DNA of 64,000 nt from positions 466-64,465 of the forward strand of contig JAKPGA010000020.1 in assembly GCA_029551145.1 (NCBI GenBank), read 5' to 3'. This document shows, one piece after another, positions 56,861-64,000 of the stretch (its first letter is position 1; every line of letters begins with the position of its first letter). The position numbers and the translations under genes are program-made. The notes under the pieces were generated by a model. The model ran no database searches, had not been told where the DNA came from, and saw only the letters and a program-made list of their open reading frames with translations. The stretch is from Thermotogota bacterium. GTDB lineage: Bacteria; Thermotogota; Thermotogae; Thermotogales; DSM-5069.

Positions 56861-58714
56861 ATGAAAAAGCTACTTGTGGTATTTCTGCTTCTGGCAAGTT
56901 TCTTAGTGTTCGCCGAAGTCAAGAATCCCGACACAATTATCAGAGTGAACATGGCGGGAGAACCAGATACCTTTGATCCTCATTTTGCTTATGACACGGC
57001 AAGTGGCGAGGTACTGAGCGAGGTTTACGAGTGTCTAATTGAGTATGTTGGCTCAAGTGTCACAGAAATGGCTCCAAGACTTGCCACACAGGTGCCGACT
57101 CTTGAAAATGGACTCATCAAAGACGACGGGAAGACATATGTCTTTCCAATCAGAAAAGGTGTCAAATTCCACAATGGAGCAGAACTTAGGCCTGAAGACG
57201 TGGAATACAGCTTTGAAAGAGGGCTTTTGTTTGACCCAGCTGGTGGCCCAATGTGGATGCTCTGGGAAGCGATGTTTGAAGTGTACGCACTCGAGGAACT
57301 CGTGGAAGCCGTCACTGGTAAGCCATACTCAGAGATGATCGATTCCAACACCGGTGAGCCACTACCAGAATACAAAGATGCCTTAGTGAAGATCTACACA
57401 GACTACATCGACCCAGCCATTGAAGTAGAAGGAGACAACGTAGTGTTCCATCTCAAGAGACCTTTTGGACCATTCCTATCAATACTCTGTGGTTATGCAA
57501 ACTGAAGCATGATTTTGAATAAACAGTGGGCAATAGCACAGGGATGCTGGGATGGAAAGCCAGATACATGGTGGAGATACCATGATTTGCCCAAGGAAAA
57601 ATCCCCACTGTATGCGAAGATAAATGGAACCGGACCGTTCAAAGTGGTTGAATGGGACAGGGCACAGCAGAGGGTAACTCTTGAGAGATTTGATGAGTAC
57701 TGGAGAGGTCCTGCAAAGATCAAGAAAGTGATCATATGGAACGTTGGTGAATGGTCCACAATGAAGGCAATGCTTGAAAAAGGTGATGCAGATATCGCCG
57801 CGGTTCCAACGATTTATCTATCTCAGATTGAGAACACACCTGGCATAAAGGTTATAAAGCCTCTGCCTTATGTCTCAGTGACATCACTGCACTTCAACTG
57901 GAACGTAAGAACAGACAGCAAGTATATAGGCTCTGGTAAACTCGATGGAGAAGGAATACCACCTGATTTCTTCAGCGATGAACACCTTAGAAGGGCATTT
58001 GCATACGTGATAAACTACGATGCGGTTATCAAGGACGTGCTCAAAGGACTCGGTAACAGAGTGCCAGCAGACTTACCAAGCACATTGCTTGGTTACAATC
58101 CGAATCTGCCACTTTATCAGTTCAGTATAACAAAGGCTACAGAAGAGTTCAAAAAGGCATGGAACGGCGAGGTCTGGAAGAAAGGATTCAAGCTCACACT
58201 GCTGTACAACACAGGTAACGAAGTGAGAAGAACCATCGCCGAGATGATAAAGACATACGTAGAAATGATCAATCCAAAGTTCAAGATCGAGGTTCGTGGA
58301 GAACAGTGGCCCACATATCTCACTTCTTACAAAAATGGTTATCTGCCGGCGTTCATAATAGGATGGGTTGCAGACTATCCAGACCCACACAACTTCATCC
58401 AGACATATTACCACTCGGCAGGTACCTATGGTTTCGCTCAAGGTGAAAACTTCAAAAAGTTCGTTTCGACACCAAGACCTGAACTCGGTGGAAAGAGTGT
58501 CAACCAGATCATAGAAGAAGCAGCGACAAATCCAGATCCAGCTGTGAGGCAAAAACTGTACGAGCAGGTTCAAATAATCGCTATAAACAATGTCCTCGGT
58601 GTACCTCTGTACGAAACACAGACCTTCTTCGTTGGAAGAACTTGGGTAAAAGGATGGTTCAACAACCCAATGAGACCTGGACATGATTACTATTACCTGT
58701 GGAAAGAAGAGTAA
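56861..58714 (+). pseudogene. Family 5 (OppA/DppA-like) ABC substrate-binding protein interrupted by one in-frame TGA at 57503-57505
   Basis: Signal peptide, DPHFAYD, GTGPF, DYPDPHNF. The two ORFs 56855-57505 and 57509-58714 are in the same frame (GYAN*SMIL). Confidence 0.85.
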
Positions 58715-58737
58715 CCACATTCAAACTCTATAGAAGG

Positions 58738-58768
58738 CCTGGGGCTGATGCCCCGGGTTTTTGTTTTT
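58738..58768 (+). terminator. Rho-independent terminator
   Basis: CCTGGGGC-tgat-GCCCCGGG followed by TTTTTGTTTTT. Confidence 0.85.
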
Positions 58769-58802
58769 ATCAGTTAGAAGCCAAAACAACATCTGAGCAA
58801 TG

Positions 58803-58831
58803 TTGACAAGCAAAATGCAAAATGATAAAAT
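58803..58831 (+). promoter_or_regulatory. sigma70 promoter for the tRNA-tRNA-infC-rpmI-rplT transcript
   Basis: TTGACA, 17-bp spacer, TAAAAT with TG extension. Confidence 0.8.
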
Positions 58832-58842
58832 GAAAAAGCGGT

Positions 58843-58917
58843 GCCCCTGTAGTTCAAAGGATAGAACGGCGGATTCCTAATCCGTAAATGGAGGTTCGAT
58901 TCCTCCCAGGGGCACCA
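58843..58917 (+). tRNA. tRNA-Arg(CCT)
   Basis: GCCCCTG/CAGGGGC acceptor stem, GCGGA-TTCCTAA-TCCGT anticodon arm, GGAGG-TTCGATT-CCTCC T arm, encoded CCA. Confidence 0.97.
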
Positions 58918-58925
58918 GAAAGACC

Positions 58926-59001
58926 GGGCCGTTAGCTCAGCAGGTAGAGCACCTGACTCTTAATCAGGGGGTCGCAGGTTCGAATCCTGCACGGCCCACC
59001 A
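58926..59001 (+). tRNA. tRNA-Lys(CTT)
   Basis: GGGCCGT/ACGGCCC acceptor stem, CCTGA-CTCTTAA-TCAGG anticodon arm, TTCGAAT T loop, encoded CCA. Confidence 0.97.
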
Positions 59002-59003
59002 GC

Positions 59004-59097
59004 GAAAGCGGAAGCCTTGCTTCCCACCCCGAGACTGAGTCGAAGGGGTAAGAAAGATCGAATCCAATTGGGAGGCGGGCTTTTGCCCGCCATTTTT
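59004..59097 (+). promoter_or_regulatory. L20 leader (infC-rpmI-rplT autoregulatory attenuator)
   Basis: GAAGC..GCTTCCCA pairs with TGGGAGGC; inner CCCC/GGGG helix and GGGTAA; overlapping terminator GGCGGGC-tttt-GCCCGCC-ATTTTT; expected position. Confidence 0.8.
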
Positions 59098-59115
59098 CAT
59101 AGGGAGGTCGAGAGC

Positions 59116-59634
59116 ATAGAAAAGGAACAGGTACTTTTAAAAAATGAACAGATCAGGCATCCAAGGGTCAGGGTAATCGGCTCGGACGGCAAGCAGATCG
59201 GAGTTTTGGCAACTCGAGAGGCCATTGAGGTCGCCAAGAGGCAGGGGCTTGATTTAGTTCTTGTGTCACCAAATAGCGACCCACCAGTTGCGAAGATCAT
59301 GGATTTTGGAAAGTACATGTATCAAATCTCAAAAAGACAGAAAGAGGCGAAGAAAAAACAGAAACAACAGGAAATCAAGCAGATGAAATTCAGGCTCAAG
59401 ATCGACGAACACGATTATCAAACAAAACTCAAACACATAAGAAGATTTCTCGAAGATGGCGATAAAGTCAAAGTCACGATCATGTTCAGGGGTAGGGAGA
59501 TTGCATTTGTTGAAAGAGGAAAACAGATCTTGGAACGAATAGCGAGTGACATTGGTGATATAGCAACAGTTGAATCTGATGCAAGACTTGAGGGTAGAGA
59601 TATGTGGATGCAGCTCAAGCCTAAAAATGGATGA
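59116..59634 (+). CDS. infC: Translation initiation factor IF-3 (non-canonical ATA start)
   Basis: NEQIR...VRVIG, DLVLVSP..DPPVAKIMDFGK, KEIKF-like C domain. GGAGG lies 8 nt before an in-frame ATA. Confidence 0.95.
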   Translation: MEKEQVLLKNEQIRHPRVRVIGSDGKQIGVLATREAIEVAKRQGLDLVLVSPNSDPPVAKIMDFGKYMYQISKRQKEAKKKQKQQEIKQMKFRLKIDEHDYQTKLKHIRRFLEDGDKVKVTIMFRGREIAFVERGKQILERIASDIGDIATVESDARLEGRDMWMQLKPKNG

Positions 59635-59647
59635 GGGAGGTTCAGCT

Positions 59648-59845
59648 ATGAGCAAGATGAAGGTTAGCAAGACAGCGGCCAAGAGGTTCAGAGTGACAAA
59701 AAACGGCAAGGTGCTTTACAACCATGCTCGCACAAGACACACAACTGGTAAGAGAAAAAGATCGGCGCTCAGAGTTTTGAGAAAGAAAGATACGCTCAGA
59801 AAAGGTGACGAGAAGAGAATCAAAAAACTTCTTGCCTTGAGATGA
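59648..59845 (+). CDS. rpmI: 50S ribosomal protein L35
   Basis: KMKVSKTAAKRFRVTKNGK. Confidence 0.95.
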   Translation: MSKMKVSKTAAKRFRVTKNGKVLYNHARTRHTTGKRKRSALRVLRKKDTLRKGDEKRIKKLLALR

Positions 59846-59861
59846 GAGGAGGAATCAAACC

Positions 59862-60233
59862 ATGAGAATCAAAAGATCGGTACACGCAAGAAAGAAAAGA
59901 AGAGAAAGGTTTTTGAAGGCTGCAAAGGGTTACAGAGGTGCAATCAGTAGAAGATACAAACTCGCAAAACAGCACTACTATAGAGCAAAATGGTATGCGT
60001 ACGTCGGTAGAAAGATAAAGAAAAGAGATTACAGAAGTCTGTGGATTACAAGAATAAACATTGCGGCAAGGCAAAGCGGTTTGAAGTACAGTCAGCTCAT
60101 ACATGGACTGAAACTGGCCAACGTTGCTGTCAACAGGAAGATGCTTGCCGAACTCGCGGTGAATGACCCGTCCGCGTTCAATGAATATGTGAAGGTAGCC
60201 AAGGAACAACTTGAAAAGCGCGCTGCTGTTTGA
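59862..60233 (+). CDS. rplT: 50S ribosomal protein L20
   Basis: AKGYRG, RKIKKRDYRSLWITRINIAAR, NRKMLAELAVNDP. Confidence 0.98.
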   Translation: MRIKRSVHARKKRRERFLKAAKGYRGAISRRYKLAKQHYYRAKWYAYVGRKIKKRDYRSLWITRINIAARQSGLKYSQLIHGLKLANVAVNRKMLAELAVNDPSAFNEYVKVAKEQLEKRAAV

Positions 60234-60236
60234 ACG

Positions 60237-60263
60237 AAAGGGCATCCATCTGGGTGCCTTTTT
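60237..60263 (+). terminator. Terminator after rplT
   Basis: GGCATCC-atct-GGGTGCC-TTTTT. Confidence 0.8.
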
Positions 60264-60264
60264 G

Positions 60265-60293
60265 TGTTATAATGTATGTGAATCCTTTAACAA
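60265..60293 (+). promoter_or_regulatory. Extended -10 promoter plus Rex-like operator upstream of the hydrogenase
   Basis: TGtTATAAT (60265-60273); ATGTGAA-TCCT-TTAACAA (60276-60293) matches TTGTGAA-N4-TTCACAA with 2 mismatches. Confidence 0.7.
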
Positions 60294-60313
60294 ACTTCTC
60301 GCGAGGAGGGTTC

Positions 60314-62071
60314 ATGGTGGCTAATGTGCAAATAGAAATCAACGGTAGAAAGTACGAGGTACCTTCAAATGTATCAATAGTGGAAGCCTGTAACCTTGTT
60401 GGTGTCTATGTACCTACGCTTTGTAACCACCCGAGGCTTGAACCTACTGGAGCTTGTCGCGTCTGCGTTGTAGAAGTGGAAGGAGCAAGGAATTTGCAGC
60501 CCGCTTGTGCCACAAAGGTTCAGGATGGTATGAAGGTCAAGACTGCGACAGACAGAGTAGAAAAGGCCGTGAAGTTTAATCTCTCACTTCTGCTGTCAAG
60601 ACACCCTAAGGACTGCATGACCTGTGAATCGAATGGCCGTTGTGAATTTCAAGATCTGATCTACCGCTATAACGTGAAAGATCTCTTCCCAACAGAGGAA
60701 AGAGTCAGTGGTATCTATGATGACAGCTCACCGGCGATAGTCAGAGATCTTGAGAAATGTATCGTGTGTGGAAGATGTGTAAGGGCGTGTTCAGAACTTC
60801 AAGGAATGGATATCTACTCGATGGTTGAAAGAGGTTTTGAAACTTTACCACAAACAGCCTTCGAAATGCCCATCTATGAAACAGATTGTATCAGTTGTGG
60901 ACAATGCTCGGCATTCTGTCCTGTCGGTGCTATCACAGAAAACAGCAATGTGAGAAGAGTTCTTGAAGAACTTGAAAGACACGACAAAATACTTGTAGTG
61001 CAAACGGCACCAGCGACGAGGGTTGCGATAGGTGAGGAGTTTGGCCTCGAGCCAGGCAGCATCTCAACTGGGAAGATGGTAGCTGCGCTCAGAAGACTTG
61101 GCTTCGACTATGTTTTCGACACGAATTTCACCGCCGACCTCACTATCATGGAAGAAGGCTCGGAGTTTCTTGAAAGACTCAAAAAAGGCGGCCCATTCCC
61201 GATGTTCACCTCCTGCTGCCCTGCTTGGATAAATATGGCTGAGAAACTGTACCCGCAATTCCTGAAAAATCTTTCTTCCTGTAAATCTCCTCACCAGATG
61301 TTGGGACCACTTGTGAAAACGTACTTTGCGAAGAAGAAAGGACTCGACCCAGAAAAGATCTTGGTTGTCTCCATAATGCCCTGCACTGCGAAAAAAGACG
61401 ACATAACAAGGCCACAGCACAAGATCGAAGATATGCCCGGTGTGGATATAGTTCTTACAACCCGTGAGCTTGGCAAACTCATAAAGATAAAGAAGATCCC
61501 ATACGCTTCACTGCCAGATGAAGAGTACGACGATCCACTCGGCGAATCAACGGGTGCCGCTGTGATCTTCGGTGTCACTGGTGGCGTGATGGAAGCAGCG
61601 CTCAGAACCGCTTATGAGCTGGGCCTTGGAAAGCCTCTGCCAAAGATTGAGTTCAACAGCGTCCGTGGCTTTGAAGGGATAAAGGAAGCGACGGTAGACT
61701 TTGACGGGAAGATATTGAAGGTTGCAGTTGCCCACGGAGGTGCAAATGCCAGAAAACTGCTGGACAAAATCTCAGCCGGAGAAGCTTATTATGATTTTAT
61801 AGAGATAATGGCGTGCCCGACGGGTTGTATAGGTGGCGGAGGACAACCAAAGAGCTTGGATAAAAATGTGCTCGTGAAGAGAATGGAAGGTATCTACACG
61901 ATAGATGAAAAGAGTACGATAAGAAAATCACACGAAAATCCATCTATCAAGAAACTGTACGAAGAGTTCTTAGAGCATCCTCTGAGCCATATCTCTCATG
62001 AGCTTTTGCATACCACCTATGTAGACCGATCAAAAAAGAAGGCAAAGGCTTTCGAGAGTGCCAAGGCTTGA
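60314..62071 (+). CDS. hydA: [FeFe]-hydrogenase group A catalytic subunit, with N-terminal 2Fe-2S, His-ligated 4Fe-4S and 2x4Fe-4S domains
   Basis: H-cluster motifs TSCCPAW, MPCTAKK, EIMACPTGCIGGGGQP; HxxxCxxC and two CxxCxxC motifs. ATG 60314 follows GAGGAGG. Confidence 0.95.
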   Translation: MVANVQIEINGRKYEVPSNVSIVEACNLVGVYVPTLCNHPRLEPTGACRVCVVEVEGARNLQPACATKVQDGMKVKTATDRVEKAVKFNLSLLLSRHPKDCMTCESNGRCEFQDLIYRYNVKDLFPTEERVSGIYDDSSPAIVRDLEKCIVCGRCVRACSELQGMDIYSMVERGFETLPQTAFEMPIYETDCISCGQCSAFCPVGAITENSNVRRVLEELERHDKILVVQTAPATRVAIGEEFGLEPGSISTGKMVAALRRLGFDYVFDTNFTADLTIMEEGSEFLERLKKGGPFPMFTSCCPAWINMAEKLYPQFLKNLSSCKSPHQMLGPLVKTYFAKKKGLDPEKILVVSIMPCTAKKDDITRPQHKIEDMPGVDIVLTTRELGKLIKIKKIPYASLPDEEYDDPLGESTGAAVIFGVTGGVMEAALRTAYELGLGKPLPKIEFNSVRGFEGIKEATVDFDGKILKVAVAHGGANARKLLDKISAGEAYYDFIEIMACPTGCIGGGGQPKSLDKNVLVKRMEGIYTIDEKSTIRKSHENPSIKKLYEEFLEHPLSHISHELLHTTYVDRSKKKAKAFESAKA

Positions 62072-62089
62072 GATCTTCGATTGATAGAT

Positions 62090-62115
62090 AAAAGGCGAGG
62101 GTTTCCTCGCCTTTT
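62090..62115. terminator. Terminator after hydA
   Basis: AAAAGGCGAGG-gttt-CCTCGCCTTTT. Confidence 0.88.
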
Positions 62116-62150
62116 CTGTTTTTACCTTTTGTTAAATCTACTTGATTATA

Positions 62151-62179
62151 TTGACATAAAAGTATAAACATGGTATATT
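62151..62179 (+). promoter_or_regulatory. sigma70 promoter of the UgpB-like ABC operon
   Basis: TTGACA, 17-bp spacer, TATATT with TG extension. Confidence 0.8.
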
Positions 62180-62202
62180 CTTGTTGAACTAAAGCGTATT
62201 AA

Positions 62203-62256
62203 GGGTATGGCGGAGAATTGGAGAGGACCATATCCCAAATTGGGGTATGGTCTTTT
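62203..62256 (+). promoter_or_regulatory. Leader terminator/antiterminator switch (GlpP-type candidate)
   Basis: 14-bp terminator stem 62224-62254 plus U tract. GGGTATGG occurs twice (62203 and 62243) and both copies can pair with CCATATCC (62228-62235). Confidence 0.7.
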
Positions 62257-62328
62257 GAATTTCTTCAACGACTTTTACAATCGATTAAAGGATCAAAACT
62301 ACTATTTATCCAAGGGGAGGTGTAGAAA

Positions 62329-63627
62329 ATGAAAAAGGTACTTGTTTTTTTGGTTGTCATTCTTACCGTGCTTAGTTTCGCAAAAACCAAGATTCAGTTC
62401 TGGCACGCAATGGGTGGATGGCGTATCGAAGTTATTCAGAACATGGTGAATGAGTTTATGAAACTAAATCCAGATATCGAAGTCGAAGTACAGTATGTCG
62501 GTAGTTATGAAGAAATCTTGGCCAAGACAGTCTCAGCAGTTCAGGCAGGCACACCGCCTCATGTTGTTCAGCTCAATGAAATCAGTACGCAGAAGATGGT
62601 TGACAGCGGTGTGATCGTACCAGTACAGGATTTGGTTGACAAAGATCCATCCTTCGATGTCGGCTTGTTTCTACCACAGGTTCTGAATTATTACAAAGTT
62701 GGTGGAAAACTCTACTCGATGCCTTGGAACAGCTCAACGCCATTGCTTTACTACAACAAAAATCTCTTTAAAGAAGTGGGACTTGATCCAAACAATCCAC
62801 CCAGAACGTACAGTGAATTGATTGAAGCCTGTAGAAAACTCGTCAAAAAAGATGAAAAAGGCAATGTCATTAGAACCGGTATCACATGGTGCCTCTACTC
62901 TTGGTTTTTCGAAGAGTACATGGCTTTGCAGAATCAACCACTTGTTGATAACAACAACGGAAGAACAGCTAAGGCAACAAAGGTGGTTTTCAACAACCAA
63001 GCCGGTCTGAACTTCATGAACCTTTGGAATACTCTGAGAAAGGAAGGATTGATGATCAACACAAAGCGTGCCGACTGGACCGCTGCAAGACAGTTGTTCA
63101 TCTCTCAAACGGTGGGAATGCTTATCTCATCGACATCGGATGTCGCGCTTTTGATGACTGAGTCTGCCAAACAAGGTTTCGAACTTGGTACCGCCTTCTT
63201 ACCGGTTCCAGATGGCACACCGCGTGGTGGTGTAATCATAGGCGGTGGTAGCCTGTGGATCATAAAGCAGAAGAATCAAGCCGAGGTCGATGCAGCATGG
63301 AAACTGGTGAAATATCTTGCGGAACCTGGACCACAAATTGTATGGCACCAGGCTACAGGGTATTTCCCAATAAGGGTAGATGCAATACAAAAACTTCAAG
63401 CTGAAGGTTACTACAAGGAAAATCCTCACCACCTGACAGCCATCTTACAACTGCTCACAAGTGTGCAAAATTACAACACAAACGGAGCTATCATCGGTGC
63501 GTTTCCAGAGGTTAGAGATGCCATTGAAACCGCTGTTGAGAAGATGATCTCTGGCACTCTGACTCCAAAGCAAGCGCTCGACGAGGCCGAAAAGAACGCA
63601 AATAAGGCAATAAAAGAATACTTCTAA
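62329..63627 (+). CDS. CUT1 ABC substrate-binding protein, UgpB-like (glycerol-3-phosphate/glycerophosphodiester)
   Basis: IQFWHAMGG, YSMPWNSSTPLLYYNKNLF, IGGGSLW, WHQATGYFP. Confidence 0.88.
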   Translation: MKKVLVFLVVILTVLSFAKTKIQFWHAMGGWRIEVIQNMVNEFMKLNPDIEVEVQYVGSYEEILAKTVSAVQAGTPPHVVQLNEISTQKMVDSGVIVPVQDLVDKDPSFDVGLFLPQVLNYYKVGGKLYSMPWNSSTPLLYYNKNLFKEVGLDPNNPPRTYSELIEACRKLVKKDEKGNVIRTGITWCLYSWFFEEYMALQNQPLVDNNNGRTAKATKVVFNNQAGLNFMNLWNTLRKEGLMINTKRADWTAARQLFISQTVGMLISSTSDVALLMTESAKQGFELGTAFLPVPDGTPRGGVIIGGGSLWIIKQKNQAEVDAAWKLVKYLAEPGPQIVWHQATGYFPIRVDAIQKLQAEGYYKENPHHLTAILQLLTSVQNYNTNGAIIGAFPEVRDAIETAVEKMISGTLTPKQALDEAEKNANKAIKEYF

Positions 63628-63638
63628 GTCACACCTGC

Positions 63639-63667
63639 ATGGCGGTCTTATTTTGGGAGACCGCCAT
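63639..63667. other. Intra-operon stem-loop after SBP gene
   Basis: ATGGCGGTCT-N9-AGACCGCCAT, perfect 10 bp. Confidence 0.65.
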
Positions 63668-63685
63668 ATTTATGGAGGTGCAAGG

Positions 63686-64000
63686 GTGAGAAGGAAGCTT
63701 CTTCCCTATTTGTTGCTGATGCCAACCTATGTAATCATTGTTCTTTTCATATATCTACCTGCTTATGATTCTTTCTATTCGAGTTTTTTCAAGGTATCGG
63801 TCTTTGGTAACAGAAGGATCTTTGTTGGAATACAGAACTATCTTTCTCTGTTCACCGACAAAGATTACCTGGCTTCTGTGAGATTCACTTTGATCTATAC
63901 CCTTTCCACGGTGGTGATATCGATCTTTCTATCCTTTTTCATTGCGCTGTTGCTCGATCAGAAGGTACCTGGTTCGAGGATCTATCGAACACTTGTCTTT
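63686..64000 (+). CDS. CUT1 ABC permease, UgpA-like (3' end truncated by the window edge)
   Basis: GTG after GGAGG; reads LLPYLLLMPTYVIIVLFIYLPAY..FVGIQNYLSLF, open to the end of the window. Confidence 0.88.
   Translation, partial: MRRKLLPYLLLMPTYVIIVLFIYLPAYDSFYSSFFKVSVFGNRRIFVGIQNYLSLFTDKDYLASVRFTLIYTLSTVVISIFLSFFIALLLDQKVPGSRIYRTLVF

Noticed and set aside
57503-57560. Selenocysteine recoding of the in-frame TGA
   Set aside because: Only a weak AGCAT/ATGCT pairing follows, there is no redox motif, and Trp is the more parsimonious residue. Kept only as an alternative in the finding.
58073-58720. 215-aa minus-strand ORF
   Set aside because: Antisense shadow of the OppA-like gene.
59017-59115. 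N-terminal extension of IF3 given by the ORF track (TTG start)
   Set aside because: It runs through the L20 leader and terminator; the GGAGG RBS points to ATA at 59116.
1-64000. CRISPR arrays, IS elements, integrases, prophage or defence genes
   Set aside because: No regularly spaced repeats, transposase or integrase motifs, or terminal inverted repeats seen; the tRNA genes are not flanked by an integrase or duplicated 3' ends.

Overview
Mostly ordinary chromosomal DNA from a Thermotogota genome (probably Pseudothermotoga-like; inferred from gene content and GGAGG/GGGGG(TG) ribosome-binding sites). No CRISPR array, IS, prophage or rRNA was seen. Order: a 5'-truncated divergent flagellin; a GntR-ROK-SIS-GH42-ABC-(M24) sugar operon; an SDH protease, class A PBP, ogt, dmpA-like and lepA; a 12.6-kb minus-strand LacI operon (two CUT2 ABC systems, three TIM-barrel isomerase/epimerases, a Gfo/Idh/MocA oxidoreductase and a PIG-L deacetylase); a ClC antiporter; fabF-fabZ-fabK-fabD; a GGDEF cyclase; an amidohydrolase; nfnAB; a four-repeat cytochrome-b5-like secreted protein with a frameshifted His-rich membrane partner; ttuA-rodA; DUF2520-panB-sbcDC-HEAT; kamDE; cca; a SAM hydrolase; an OppA-like gene with an in-frame TGA; tRNA-Arg and tRNA-Lys followed by an L20 leader and infC(AUA)-rpmI-rplT; a monomeric [FeFe]-hydrogenase with a Rex-like site; and a UgpB-like ABC system behind a terminator/antiterminator leader. 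Best candidates for undescribed biology: (1) a ~75-nt C-rich small RNA with its own consensus promoter and terminator at 39537-39611; (2) the multi-b5/membrane-cytochrome pair; (3) the first sugar operon, where the ROK, GH42 and M24 proteins all carry altered active-site motifs; (4) the RNA switch upstream of the UgpB-like gene. All family calls come from motif recognition by eye; no database search was run.
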